Below are positions 30,470-40,723 of a DNA stretch of 64,000 nt, in pieces. Position 1 is the first letter of the stretch. The number at the start of each line of letters is the position of its first letter. Source of the stretch: an uncultured delta proteobacterium (GTDB lineage Bacteria; Myxococcota_A; Polyangia; Haliangiales; Haliangiaceae); contig CAWKDB010000002.1 of NCBI GenBank assembly GCA_963848295.1, positions 352,001 to 416,000 on the forward strand, given 5' to 3'. The translations under genes were made by a program, and so were the position numbers. A model generated the notes under the pieces. It did not search any database. It had not been told where the DNA came from and saw only the letters and a list, made by a program, of their open reading frames with translations.

Positions 30470-31505
30470 TTACGAGTCTAGCCCGCCCGCCGTCGGCGCG
30501 GGTGGCCTCGCGTCATGCTCTCGCTGTTCCGATCGGGCGCGATCGCGGCGGTCATAGGCGCGGATCAGCGCCGCGACCAGGGGGTGGCGCACCACATCGG
30601 CATCGCTGAACTCGATCGAGGCGATGCCGCGAATGCTCCGCGACCAACTCGAGCGCGTCACGCAGGCCGCTGCGTTGCCCTGGCGGCAAGTCGGTCTGGG
30701 TCTGGTCGCCCGTGATCACGAGCTTCGCGCCGTAGCCCATGCGCGTGAGGAACATCTTCATCTGCGCAGGCGTCGTGTTCTGCGCCTCGTCGAGCACGAT
30801 GAAGCTCTCGTTCAGTGTGCGACCGCGCAAAAATGCGAGCGGTGCCACCTCGATCGATGTCGTCCGCCATCATCCGCGGTCAGCTTCTCCGGATCGATCA
30901 TGTCGCCCAGCGCGTCGAACAGCGGCCGCAAGTACGGATCGACCTTCTCTTCAAGCGTGCCCGGGAGAAACCCGAGGCGCTCGCCCGCCTCGACCGCGGG
31001 TCGGGTCAAGATGATGCGGCGCACGTGCTTGTCGAGCAAAGCGCGCACGGCCATAGCCATCGCGAGGTAGGTCTTGCCGGTACCCGCCGGGCCGATCGCG
31101 AACACGATATCGTTGTCGCGGACATGGTCGACGTACTGCTTCTGCGCCGGCGCCCTTCGGCGCGATCGGGCGCCCTGCGCGCGGCGTCAGGATCGTTTCG
31201 CCGAAGACGGCTTGAATCGACGCGCCCGGCGCAGCACCGGAGATCATCTTGACCGCGCGCACGACGTCGTCGGAGCCAAGCGCGCGACCGCCGAGTGCAA
31301 GCGCGTAGAGCTGTTCGAGGGCGGTCTTCGCGGTCTCGACCGCCGCTTCATCGCCTTCGATCGTGAGCTCGTTGCCGCGCAGATGCAGCTCGACGCCAGC
31401 GCTCCGCTCGACCAGCTTGAGCCGCGAGTTGCCGGCTCCACACAAGGTCTGCAGCGCCTCGGGATCGTCGAACGTCAGCTTGTCTCGGCGGGGTGACTTC
31501 GGCAC
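30470..31505 (-). CDS. phoH: PhoH family ATPase (YbeZ type), split by about 4 frameshifts
   Basis: Fragments: [59 protein letters not shown]. Confidence 0.85.
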
Positions 31506-31548
31506 GGCGGTGTCGGCGTATAGCACGCGATGCGGTAGGTTGCGGGCC

Positions 31549-32352
31549 ATGACCGCTGCTGCCCCCGGCGCCTCGCTCTCGCGGCTCGTCGAGATCATGG
31601 ACCGCTTGCTCGCCCCCGACGGGTGCCCGTGGGATCGCGAGCAGACCCTCGACTCCTTGCGGCCATTCCTCGTCGAGGAAGCGTACGAAGTGCTCGACGC
31701 GATCGGCCGCAACGACGTCCCCGACCACTGCGAAGAGCTCGGTGACTTGCTGATGCAGGTCGTGTTTCAGGCGGCGATCCGCCAGCGCAACGGTGCTTTC
31801 GCGATCGACGATGTCGTCGCGGGCATCTCTGACAAGCTCGTGCACCGCCACCCGCACGTCTTCGGCGACACCAAGGGCGTCGACACCGCGGCGCAGGTGC
31901 TCGAGCAATGGGACGAAATCAAGGCGAAGGAGAAACCGAAGCGGGAACGCGTGCTCGACGGCGTGCCCTTTGGGCCGGCGCTCGCGCGAGCCCAGAAGCT
32001 CGGCCAGCGTTGTCGCAAGGCCGGCTTCGATTGGCCAGGCTGGGAAGGCTCGTTCGCCAAGGTCAAAGAAGAAGTCGCCGAGGTCGAAGCCGCGATCGGA
32101 GAGCGCGACCAAGCGGCGATCCATGCGGAGGTCGGTGACCTGCTGCTCGCGACGGTGAATCTCGCTCGCAAGCTCGACGTCGACGCGGAAGCCGCGTTGC
32201 TCGATGCGACCGCGAAGTTCCACCGTCGATTCGAGCAGGTCGAGGACAAGCTCGCGGCGCGCGGCAAGACACCGACGCAATCGAATCTCGATGAGATGGA
32301 CGCGCTATGGAACGAGGTGAAGCGCGACGAGGCGGAAGCGCGACGAAAGTGA
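31549..32352 (+). CDS. mazG: Nucleoside triphosphate pyrophosphohydrolase MazG
   Basis: GCPWDREQT, EEAYEV, EELGDLL, RHPHVF, GFDW, EVGDLL. Confidence 0.95.
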   Translation: MTAAAPGASLSRLVEIMDRLLAPDGCPWDREQTLDSLRPFLVEEAYEVLDAIGRNDVPDHCEELGDLLMQVVFQAAIRQRNGAFAIDDVVAGISDKLVHRHPHVFGDTKGVDTAAQVLEQWDEIKAKEKPKRERVLDGVPFGPALARAQKLGQRCRKAGFDWPGWEGSFAKVKEEVAEVEAAIGERDQAAIHAEVGDLLLATVNLARKLDVDAEAALLDATAKFHRRFEQVEDKLAARGKTPTQSNLDEMDALWNEVKRDEAEARRK

Positions 32353-32429
32353 CGCTTTTTTGTGCACCCGCGATCGATTGGAGGCGTTCCCGTCGAGCGC
32401 TGGACACAGGGGGGCGATCGGTCCGCAAC

Positions 32430-32438
32430 TTATCCACA
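32430..32438 (+). promoter_or_regulatory. Perfect DnaA box
   Basis: TTATCCACA in the mazG-rpsT intergenic region. Confidence 0.55.
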
Positions 32439-32494
32439 GAACCGGTGGGTACTCCCGCGGGACTCGTCCGAAAAACCCGTTCTGGACCGAAGGC

Positions 32495-32524
32495 TTGACA
32501 GGGTGTTCCTCGTCGCGGTAAACG
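32495..32524 (+). promoter_or_regulatory. Candidate sigma70 promoter of rpsT
   Basis: TTGACA-N18-TAAACG; AGGAG SD downstream. Confidence 0.5.
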
Positions 32525-32550
32525 CACGCTCCCCTCAGGAGCAATTGTCC

Positions 32551-32805
32551 GTGGCCAATATCGCATCTGCCCAGAAGCAGAACCGCAAGATGATCAAGCA
32601 CCGTGCGCGCAACCGCGCCGCGATGGCGTCGATTCGCACCGCCGTGAAGACCGCCCGCACCGCGGTTGATGGCAAGGCCGCCGAGGCCGCCGCGGCGATC
32701 AAATCGGCCGTCGCGATGGTGGACTCGGCCGTTACCAAGGGCATCCTCAAGCGCCGCACGGCTTCGCGTTACGTTTCACGTCTCGTCACCCGCGCGAAAG
32801 CCTAG
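32551..32805 (+). CDS. rpsT: 30S ribosomal protein S20
   Basis: ANIASAQK, RTAVK, D.AVTKGILK..TASR..SRL; GTG start after AGGAG. Confidence 0.95.
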   Translation: MANIASAQKQNRKMIKHRARNRAAMASIRTAVKTARTAVDGKAAEAAAAIKSAVAMVDSAVTKGILKRRTASRYVSRLVTRAKA

Positions 32806-34046
32806 CTTCCGACATCGGGCGCCGACTCGGAGCTCGTCCGAGGTTGGCCACGCTCCCGATTGCTCGGCGATCCTTCGCGCAGCGCCCTGCGGATCAACTC
32901 CTCGAGCGAAACACCAGGCGCGGCAGCGGACTCGACCATCCGCGACGCCGCCAGCCTCGGATACCCGAGCTGGATCAGAGCCTGTTTGGCCTCCGCCTTC
33001 ATGATGATGTGCCCGAACGTCGCGTGGCGCCGAACCGTGTGACCCACGGGGGTCGGAGCCGGGCCCACTTCGAGCTTCGATGCGGGCCCGGTCATCGTCA
33101 GCAGCCCCCGATGCAAAGCGCGATGATGATGACTGCACATCACGGCGAGGTTCTCTGCTGAGTGGTCGCCGCCGTCGGCGCGTTGCACGAGGTGATGGAC
33201 GTCGAGGAACCGAGAGGCGCGGCAGCCAGGCACGACGCACCGACCACGATCGCGGTGAAATACGAACTGGCGGGTCTTCGGCGTGATGTCTTGCGGGGCG
33301 CGGCGTTCTGCATCGATCCGTTGTGCGTCGCACTTGGCGCGCTCGACGTCGGCTCGATCGAGTGGGACGGTCCCGCCGCCGCCGTGCTGCGAGCCGCTCT
33401 CGCAGCGCGGGCATAACGTCACGCGGACCTGGAATTTCGCGCGGCCGTGGTCGCTCGGAGCCGGCGCGCCGAGCACGGCGTTGCACATCGCCTCGACGAG
33501 CGCGTCGTCGTCGAGCTGACCACCGTGCTCGTTCGCGAGCTGCTGCTGAGCTTGGCGGAGCAGCGCGAGCGTCGCCGGCCGGATCTTGAACGTCACGACG
33601 CGCGGCGCGAGGCTCGGATCGGGCGGGTCGCTCGGGCGATCACCGGGTCGATGCATCGCGACGAGCTCCTCGATCTCGCGCAGGTTCTTGTCGTGTGTCG
33701 CCGCGAGCCACTCGCGCTCCGTGTCGGCGGTCGCGACCCGCGTTAGCTCGCGGACCGCGGAGTAGCATTGTTCGCCGTGCTCGAGCGCCTGGCCGATCGC
33801 CGGTAACGCGTCGAGCGCGGTGGCGATGCGAACCCGTTCGCGTGCGGCGCGCGGGCCGTAGCCCAGCACGTCCTCTAGGTAGTCGTACAACGACGCCTTG
33901 CCCACGTACCGCCAGATCTGCGCCCGGTCCGCGCGCGCCAACAACGCCGCCTCTTCGCGATCGAGCACGCCTCGCCTCGTCGCGATCGCCCGCAACCCTC
34001 GATCGATCTCGCGCCACGCCTCGTACCTCCGAACAGCAGCCACCAT
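32802..34046 (-). CDS. DUF222-like/HNH endonuclease with C-terminal RuvA domain III-like helix bundle
   Basis: RDRGRCVVPGC..LDVHH...GGDH..ENL..MC..HH..LH; CPRC; tail EAKQALIQLGY...LEELIRRALR; AAGGAG SD. Confidence 0.88.
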   Translation of the reverse strand: MVAAVRRYEAWREIDRGLRAIATRRGVLDREEAALLARADRAQIWRYVGKASLYDYLEDVLGYGPRAARERVRIATALDALPAIGQALEHGEQCYSAVRELTRVATADTEREWLAATHDKNLREIEELVAMHRPGDRPSDPPDPSLAPRVVTFKIRPATLALLRQAQQQLANEHGGQLDDDALVEAMCNAVLGAPAPSDHGRAKFQVRVTLCPRCESGSQHGGGGTVPLDRADVERAKCDAQRIDAERRAPQDITPKTRQFVFHRDRGRCVVPGCRASRFLDVHHLVQRADGGDHSAENLAVMCSHHHRALHRGLLTMTGPASKLEVGPAPTPVGHTVRRHATFGHIIMKAEAKQALIQLGYPRLAASRMVESAAAPGVSLEELIRRALREGSPSNRERGQPRTSSESAPDVGS

Positions 34047-34072
34047 GACACCCTCCTTGCATTGGTTTGATC

Positions 34073-34094
34073 GTTCTAACAACACGGTCTGACA
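34073..34094 (-). promoter_or_regulatory. TGTCAG-N10-TAGAAC motif (RecA-NDp/PafBC-like promoter) upstream of the HNH gene
   Basis: Minus strand reads TGTCAG ACCGTGTTGT TAGAAC, 26 nt before the ATG. Confidence 0.5.
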
Positions 34095-34142
34095 CCCTCG
34101 GTCGCTCCCGACGAGAAGAAAGGACGACCCGTGGATCGCGGA

Positions 34143-34829
34143 TCAATCGCTGCGGATCGAAGTAACCCGCAGCGCGGAGCCCGGGAAGCACACATCGGTA
34201 TCAACGCAACACGTGCCAGTGACCTGCTCGAGGTCGACCCCAACACCGAACTCCAGCGGCTCGAGACTGCTGCCAGTCCCAGAAAGATCGATGCCTACCG
34301 CGCCAGCGTTCGTCTCCGCGCTTTTCATCGCGTCGATCGAGACCCCGCATCGCCACGCCTGCACGTTGCGCCGCTCTCCCGACGACTGCTGGATCCCTCC
34401 GACCGAACCGCCGCAACGCATCCCGTAGACAGATCCGAGCTCGTAAGCGGGGACCTCCGAGCTCACACATTCGAGCCCGCGCAAGGCGCCAGAACCGGAG
34501 AGCCACATCCGATCGCCGTGCCAGGTCACGGCAAAGACTTCGCGCGAGGGCGCCGCATCCGAGAGCCAATGCCCTCGATCGAGCCTGTAGCTCTGCGTGG
34601 TGAGCACCGCCACCGCGCCAGCACGCCGGAGCGTGTACACGTCGCGAAAGACGTCGGGTTTCGGCCGATCGTGGGTGCCGGTAACGTTGACGTGCGTGCT
34701 CGTGTACCGAGACACCGCCGGATCGAGTGGATGCGCCGCGCTTGCCGGAACGATGGCCGTGAGTCCATGAACCGCCGGGACATCTCCGCCGCCGCAGCCC
34801 GCGACCGCTACCAATGCAATCAGTCGCAT
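34143..34829 (-). CDS. Hypothetical lipoprotein with atypical codon usage
   Basis: MRLIALVAVAGC lipobox; many T/A-ending codons. Confidence 0.45.
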   Translation of the reverse strand: MRLIALVAVAGCGGGDVPAVHGLTAIVPASAAHPLDPAVSRYTSTHVNVTGTHDRPKPDVFRDVYTLRRAGAVAVLTTQSYRLDRGHWLSDAAPSREVFAVTWHGDRMWLSGSGALRGLECVSSEVPAYELGSVYGMRCGGSVGGIQQSSGERRNVQAWRCGVSIDAMKSAETNAGAVGIDLSGTGSSLEPLEFGVGVDLEQVTGTCCVDTDVCFPGSALRVTSIRSD

Positions 34830-34855
34830 CCGCGCCGTCAAACGACCCACGTGGG

Positions 34856-36226
34856 TCAATTCTCGCCGTCGTCGTCGCTGCCGGCTGCGCTGATCCCGTA
34901 CTTGCGCAACAACTTGTGCAGGTACTTGCGGTCCATGTCGGCGTCGCGCGCGGCCTTCGAGATGTTGCCCTCGGCGCGCTTGATCAGCCACGCAAGGTAG
35001 CGGCGCTCGAACAGCTCGTTCCATTTCTCTTTCGTGTCGCGGAACGACTCGCCCGGTTCAAACTCGACCGCGTCGCGGAGCTGAATGCCCTTGGCGGGGC
35101 CGGCGTCGTTGCCGAGCGGCGCGACCAGCATCCCGGGGTCGCCGCCGAGCGCGAGTGCCCTCTCGATCACGTTGCGGAGCTCGCGCACATTGCCCGGCCA
35201 GTCGTGCGCCATCAGGGCGGCGCGCGTCGATTCGGCCAGAGCCGTCACGCCCTCGGGCGACAGCTTGCGCATGATGCTGTCGATCAGCAGCGGGATGTCT
35301 TCGCGGCGTTCGCGCAGGGCCGGCGCGGTGATCGGCACGACGTTGAGTCGGAAGTACAAGTCCTCGCGGAACTTGCCCTTCTCGACCTCGGACCGCAGAT
35401 CCTTGCGGGTCGCAGCGATGACCCGGAGATCGACCTTGAGCGTCTTGGCGCCGCCGACGCGGCGGAACTCGCGTTGCTCGAGCACGCGTAACAGCTTCGG
35501 TTGGAGGTCGAGAGACAGCTCGCCGAGCTCGTCGAGGAAGACCGTGCCGCCGCTAGCGAGCTCGAACGCGCCTTGCCGGGCGTTGACCGCGCCGGTGAAT
35601 GCGCCCTTCTCGTGGCCGAACAGCTCGCTCTCGATCAGCGTGCCGGCGACCGCGCCACAGTCGACGACAATGAACGGCTTGTCGCCGCGCGGCGACAGCT
35701 GGTGCAGCGTGCGCGCGATCATGTCCTTGCCCGTGCCGGTCTCGCCTTCGATCAGCACGGTCGCATCGGTTGGCGCGATCTTCTCGACCAGGCCGAAGAT
35801 CTCGCGCATCGCGGACGACTTGCCGACCATCTCGCCGAGCGCCTCCTTCTCGGACGGCATGATCTCGATGCGCTCTTCGAACGGCGTGAACTTGATCTCG
35901 GTGGCGCCGACCGCGATGACCGAGCCGGCGCGCAGGTAAGCCTCTTTGACCTCGGCGCTGTCGAGGAACGTGCCGTTGGTCGATTTGAGATCGCGCACGA
36001 GGTAGCCCTTCGCGTCGCGCGCGATCTCGAAGTGCACGCGCGACACCGTCTCGTCAGCGAGCACGAGGTCGTTCTCCGGCGCCTTGCCGATCCGGATGAC
36101 ATCGCCAGCGATCAGGAACTCGGTCCCCCGCTGTGGGCCCTTGATCACGACGAGCTTGCAGCGGCGCAGGTTGACGGTCGCTGGCGTCGCCTCTCGGCGG
36201 ATCCGCGTCCCCGTCAAGTGCTCCAT
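34856..36226 (-). CDS. FHA-domain sigma54 enhancer-binding protein (AAA+, Fis HTH)
   Basis: FHA ([16 protein letters not shown]), [37 protein letters not shown]. Confidence 0.95.
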   Translation of the reverse strand: MEHLTGTRIRREATPATVNLRRCKLVVIKGPQRGTEFLIAGDVIRIGKAPENDLVLADETVSRVHFEIARDAKGYLVRDLKSTNGTFLDSAEVKEAYLRAGSVIAVGATEIKFTPFEERIEIMPSEKEALGEMVGKSSAMREIFGLVEKIAPTDATVLIEGETGTGKDMIARTLHQLSPRGDKPFIVVDCGAVAGTLIESELFGHEKGAFTGAVNARQGAFELASGGTVFLDELGELSLDLQPKLLRVLEQREFRRVGGAKTLKVDLRVIAATRKDLRSEVEKGKFREDLYFRLNVVPITAPALRERREDIPLLIDSIMRKLSPEGVTALAESTRAALMAHDWPGNVRELRNVIERALALGGDPGMLVAPLGNDAGPAKGIQLRDAVEFEPGESFRDTKEKWNELFERRYLAWLIKRAEGNISKAARDADMDRKYLHKLLRKYGISAAGSDDDGEN

Positions 36227-36329
36227 CACGGGAATCGTATCACGCCACGTCAACTAGCCCCGATCGCTCAAGCTGCTTCGCGGCCTCGACTTGTTGTGCT
36301 CGGAGCGACAACGAAATACCTTTTAGCTG

Positions 36330-37031
36330 GTGCTGCGCATCTACGGGGTACTGGCGAGCTGTGCGCTCGCATTGTTCTGCCTGTGCGGCGTCGCGCGTGC
36401 ACAGCCGGCGACGCCGGCCAAGCCGTCGGATGCCCCGTTGCCGTCGTGCCTCGATCAGACGCTCGCCGGCGAGCTCGGCTCGACCCTGAAGCCGCGTGGC
36501 GTGCAGAAGCGCATCTTCCGCAAGAAGGGCAACTTCGTCCTCGTCGTGCACGGCGGGTTGTACGGCGGCGACCTGACGTCGTCGAGTTGGTTCGCCGGCG
36601 GCTCGCTCGGCTACTTCTTCACCGAGGACTTCGGCATTCAGGCCGAGTTCGATCTGACGCCGATGCAGCTCGATCTCGACGCGCCGATCAACCAGTTCTT
36701 CGGCGATAGCCGGTTCGTTCCGGCGATGGCGTACGTCGCCCTCGGCAACCTCATCTGGTCGCCGATCCACGCGAAGCTCAAGCTCGGCGGCGGCATCGTC
36801 CATGCCGACATCATGCTGTTCGCCGGTGGCGGGCGAATGTTCCACGACGCGGTCCAAGGCCTGTCGTTCGACGCCGGCACCGCGCTCGACCTGTTCGTCA
36901 CCAACTGGGTGACGATTCGCTTCGACGTCCGCGACCTGACCGCGGTCGAGGATATCGCCGGCGAGTCGCGGTTCACCAATAATCTGATCGCCACCGCCGG
37001 GCTCGCGTTCTGGATCGGACCGAAACCATGA
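36330..37031 (+). CDS. Outer-membrane beta-barrel protein, GltA/B (NfsA/B)-like 1
   Basis: Signal peptide; [18 protein letters not shown]...GGG; aromatic terminal strand. Confidence 0.8.
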   Translation: MLRIYGVLASCALALFCLCGVARAQPATPAKPSDAPLPSCLDQTLAGELGSTLKPRGVQKRIFRKKGNFVLVVHGGLYGGDLTSSSWFAGGSLGYFFTEDFGIQAEFDLTPMQLDLDAPINQFFGDSRFVPAMAYVALGNLIWSPIHAKLKLGGGIVHADIMLFAGGGRMFHDAVQGLSFDAGTALDLFVTNWVTIRFDVRDLTAVEDIAGESRFTNNLIATAGLAFWIGPKP

Positions 37032-37843
37032 CCGCACGGATCCTGATCGTGCTCGCGCTTGTCGCCGCGGTCCGCGTCGCACACGCCGATGGACACTGCC
37101 CCGGGCCGGTGACGGTGGCCGCTGACGACGACTCGCCGCAAAAGAAGAAGATCAACCACGCGAAGGACAGCGACAAGACGCCTGCTGACCAGGCCGACAA
37201 GCCCGACGCGAAGCAACCCGACGACGCCGAGAAGCCGCCCGGGTCGACCGCGATGTGCATCGACCAAGCGATCGCGGATCGGCTGGCGCTCAAGCGCAAG
37301 CGGCGCGGCGCCGTCGACCGCTTGTTCGTGAAGCAGGGCCGGCACGAGATTTCGGTCGGCGGCGGCTACTACGCGAGCGATCTACTGTCTGCGACCTACC
37401 TCGTCACCGCGTCGTACACGTATCACATGACCGACGAGACCGCGGTCGAGTTCGGCGGCGCGTACACGCACGCCAACGCGGACATCATTCGCGCGCTCGA
37501 GATCACGCATAGCGTCGTGCTGACCGATACGTACGCGCCGGAGTACTTCGTGGAGTCGTTGCTCGTGTGGAGCCCGGTGTATGGCAAGCTGCGCTTAGGT
37601 GGCTCGATCGTCCACTTCGACCTTCACGCCGACGCTGGCGTCGGTGTGATCGACTCCAAGACGAGCCGCGGCGCGTCCGGCGTCGTCGGTTTCGGGATTA
37701 GACTCTTCATGGGCCAAGCGCTCGCGTTTCGCGTCGACCTACGCAACCGAACGTTCCGCCAAGAGCTCCTCGACGAGCGCTTCCTGGTTAACGACAGCGC
37801 GATCACAGCGAGCCTGTCGGTGTTTTTGCCATTCCACAACTAG
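37028..37843 (+). CDS. Outer-membrane beta-barrel protein, GltA/B (NfsA/B)-like 2
   Basis: [22 protein letters not shown]...GVG, terminal SLSVFLP; paralog of the previous gene. Confidence 0.8.
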   Translation: MTARILIVLALVAAVRVAHADGHCPGPVTVAADDDSPQKKKINHAKDSDKTPADQADKPDAKQPDDAEKPPGSTAMCIDQAIADRLALKRKRRGAVDRLFVKQGRHEISVGGGYYASDLLSATYLVTASYTYHMTDETAVEFGGAYTHANADIIRALEITHSVVLTDTYAPEYFVESLLVWSPVYGKLRLGGSIVHFDLHADAGVGVIDSKTSRGASGVVGFGIRLFMGQALAFRVDLRNRTFRQELLDERFLVNDSAITASLSVFLPFHN

Positions 37844-37886
37844 TTGGCGCTTTCGCGCCCGCACGTCACCTTCGGAGAACGCCCAG

Positions 37887-38693
37887 ATGCCCGCCTTTCG
37901 CCGCGCCGTCCTGCTTGCGCTCATCCCGGCCGTCGCGCTGGCTGCTCCCAGAAGGAAAAAGCCGCCGAAGGAAACGCCGAAGCCCGCGGATTCCGGCAAA
38001 GGCAGCGACAACAGCGCCGACGCACCGCCCGACAAAGATGCGGCGGGCGGCGGTGGCGGCGGCAGCGCGAGCGCGAGCGGCAACGGCGGTGGCACCGGCA
38101 GCGACGCGACAACGCCTCCGACCGAGCCGGCGAAAGACGTCGCGACCGACAAAGACAAGCCGACCGGCAACGAGCCCGATGTCGATGCGCTGCGCCAGGA
38201 GTACTTTTCGCTGCGCGACGAGCTGTTCAAGTCGCGCGCGCGGGCCAACGCGGTCGCGAGCGCGTTGTACTCGACGCGCGTCCAGATCCGGTTCTCGTGG
38301 GCCTCGACGCGCTACTACGGCGTGTCGAAGGCGTCGATCCGGCTCGACGGTGCGAACGTGTTCGAGGACACCTCTGGCGCGATCGGCGGCGACGACGGCG
38401 TTCGGTTCGACGGCTACGTCGCGCCTGGCAAGCACCTCGTGACATTCCACGTCGAGGCGAGCGGCAAGGACGACGACTCGTTCACGTCGAGCACCGAGGC
38501 GCAGATCGTCATCAAGGCGGTCGCCGGCAAGGACCTGCTGGTCGCGGCGAAGGCGAAGGACGCCGGCGACATCGCGTACGAGTGGAAGCGCAAGGAGAAG
38601 GGCACTTATGGCTTGGGCATCGACGTCGGCGTCAAGACCGTCGCGCGCGCCCCCGATGCGGGCGGTACGGCGCCGGCGAAGAAGGCCAAGTGA
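37887..38693 (+). CDS. Exported protein: disordered N-terminus, coiled coil, beta domain
   Basis: Signal peptide, Gly/Pro/Asp-rich region, [16 protein letters not shown]...PGKH. Confidence 0.75.
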   Translation: MPAFRRAVLLALIPAVALAAPRRKKPPKETPKPADSGKGSDNSADAPPDKDAAGGGGGGSASASGNGGGTGSDATTPPTEPAKDVATDKDKPTGNEPDVDALRQEYFSLRDELFKSRARANAVASALYSTRVQIRFSWASTRYYGVSKASIRLDGANVFEDTSGAIGGDDGVRFDGYVAPGKHLVTFHVEASGKDDDSFTSSTEAQIVIKAVAGKDLLVAAKAKDAGDIAYEWKRKEKGTYGLGIDVGVKTVARAPDAGGTAPAKKAK

Positions 38694-40723
38694 TGCTCCG
38701 CCGCCTGCTCGCGATCGCTGCGACGGCGCTGTGTGCGAATAGCGCGGCCTACGCGAAAGCCGGCGATCCGAAAGCCGACGCACACGACGCCAAGGCCGAG
38801 CCCGAAGCGAAACCGGCCGGCGATGACCCGCTCGCGAAGTACTTCTCCGAGTTGGTCAACCTCAAGCTGATCGACGTCGAGAGCGGCAACATCGAGTCGC
38901 TGCGCCGCGAATTACAAGTCGCCGAGACACTGCTGCGCGACGGCGCGTTCACGAACGCGGCGGTGGCGCTCTACGCGATCGTCAAGTCGCCCCGCTACAG
39001 CGCGTTTACCGACTTCGTCGAGTATCAGAACGCCGAGTACGATCTGGCGGTCGCGCTCGCCCGCGCGGGCAGCTACGGCGCGGCGCTGGAAGAGATCGAC
39101 GACATCTTGCGCCGCGGACCAGCGGCGCCGTACTGGGGCCCAGCCCACCGCCGCGCGGTCGATATCGCGATCGAGACGCGTGATCACGCGGGCGTGCTCG
39201 CCCGGCTCGAAGCGATCAAGACGACCGATCCGATTCCGCCATCGGCCGCCGGCGAGCGCAGCTACCTCCGCGGCCGCGCGTTCTACGACGCAGGCAAGCT
39301 CGCCGACGCCGAGGGCGAGCTCGTGCTGATCTCGAAGAAGAGCCGGCTCTACTCGTCGGCGGTGTATCTGCGAGGCGTGATCAAAGCGCGGCGCGGCGAT
39401 CTCAAGGAATCGGCCGAGGCGATGTGTGAGATCGCCGCGACGCCGGACGACGACAAGTACTCGTTCGTCGTCGATGATCGCTACTTCACGATCAAGGATC
39501 TCGCGCGCCTCGGCCTCGGCCGGATCGCCCACGAGAACGGCGAATACGACGACGCCTACTACCACTACTTTCAGATCCCGGACGACTCGCCGTACCTGCC
39601 CGACGCGCTGTTCGAGGCGTCGTGGAGCATGTATCAGAAGCGCGAGCTCGATACGTCGCGCGACCTCGTCAAGGAGTTCTTGAAGACGTTCCCGACGTCG
39701 CCGCTGTGGCCCGAGGCGAGCCTGTTGTCGGGCTACGTCGAGCTCGCGGACTGCAAGTTCGATGCGTCGCGCCGCAGCTACGACGCGCTGATCGCGCGAC
39801 TCCAACCGATCGTCGACGAGATCGACAAGATCAAGCGCGATCCGGCGCTGCGCCGCCAACTGTTCGACAAGGCGCTGACCCGGTTTCACGAGGTCAAGAG
39901 CTCGGGCGAGCTCGATGGCAAAAAGCCGGGCACGCAGATCGCGCCGACTCCGTTCGACGACGTGCTCGGCCTGTTGAAGCTCCACCCCGAGTTCATTCGC
40001 CTCGCCGAAGCGGTCACCGGCTCGCACGAGCTCGCGGACTCCGCGCCGAGCGTGACCCGTGCCTGGCAGAACCTCGCCGCGCAGATCGCCGAGGAGCACA
40101 TCTCGAAGGTCGCGACCGACAAGACGCTCGAGCAGGAGCAACTCGCGGATGCGAGCTCGGTCCTCGAGGACTATCGCCGGCTAGCCGCCCAGATCGCCGC
40201 GAGCAAAGACGAGCTCGCGCGCGGCAAGCGCGAGAACCTCGTGCCCGAAGACGTCGCGGCGGACGAGACCAAGCGGCTCGACGAGCTCGCCGCGAAGGTC
40301 GCGACCGCGCAGAAGACCGCGCTCGCGGCGACCGACGCAGCCGCCGCCGCGGTCGCCGAGAAAGCGACGCCGGGCCTGCGGCCGTTGATCCAGGCCGACA
40401 TCGCCGACGCGCGCCGCCTCGATCGCGCCGCCCACGAGATGTCCGAGCACCTCGACGTGGCCGGCGAGCAGCTGTCGCAGCACGCGGTCGACCAGCTCTA
40501 CGACGAAACCAAGCGCGTGCTCGACAAGGCAAAGCTCGGCCGAATCGACTCGGTCATCGGCCAGAAGCGCAAGCTCGACATCGAAGTCCAAGACCTCGCC
40601 GCCGGCCGGTTCCCCGAGGAGCTGATCGGCCGGATGTGGAACGCCAGCATGATCGGCGATGACGAGGAGTACTGGCCGTTTCAGGGTGAGTTCTGGGCCG
40701 ATGAATATGAGGGGTTCAGATGA
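38693..40723 (+). CDS. Periplasmic TPR protein, GltC/NfsC-like
   Basis: TGATG coupling; [17 protein letters not shown]-terminal [16 protein letters not shown]. Confidence 0.82.
   Translation: MLRRLLAIAATALCANSAAYAKAGDPKADAHDAKAEPEAKPAGDDPLAKYFSELVNLKLIDVESGNIESLRRELQVAETLLRDGAFTNAAVALYAIVKSPRYSAFTDFVEYQNAEYDLAVALARAGSYGAALEEIDDILRRGPAAPYWGPAHRRAVDIAIETRDHAGVLARLEAIKTTDPIPPSAAGERSYLRGRAFYDAGKLADAEGELVLISKKSRLYSSAVYLRGVIKARRGDLKESAEAMCEIAATPDDDKYSFVVDDRYFTIKDLARLGLGRIAHENGEYDDAYYHYFQIPDDSPYLPDALFEASWSMYQKRELDTSRDLVKEFLKTFPTSPLWPEASLLSGYVELADCKFDASRRSYDALIARLQPIVDEIDKIKRDPALRRQLFDKALTRFHEVKSSGELDGKKPGTQIAPTPFDDVLGLLKLHPEFIRLAEAVTGSHELADSAPSVTRAWQNLAAQIAEEHISKVATDKTLEQEQLADASSVLEDYRRLAAQIAASKDELARGKRENLVPEDVAADETKRLDELAAKVATAQKTALAATDAAAAAVAEKATPGLRPLIQADIADARRLDRAAHEMSEHLDVAGEQLSQHAVDQLYDETKRVLDKAKLGRIDSVIGQKRKLDIEVQDLAAGRFPEELIGRMWNASMIGDDEEYWPFQGEFWADEYEGFR

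Noticed and set aside
29150..31170. Programmed frameshifting or phase variation in phoH/HD-GYP
   Set aside because: Too many shifts, with no slippery heptamers or long homopolymers at the junctions
32353..32550. Possible oriC in the mazG-rpsT spacer
   Set aside because: Only one clear DnaA box, no AT-rich unwinding element, no dnaA/dnaN nearby
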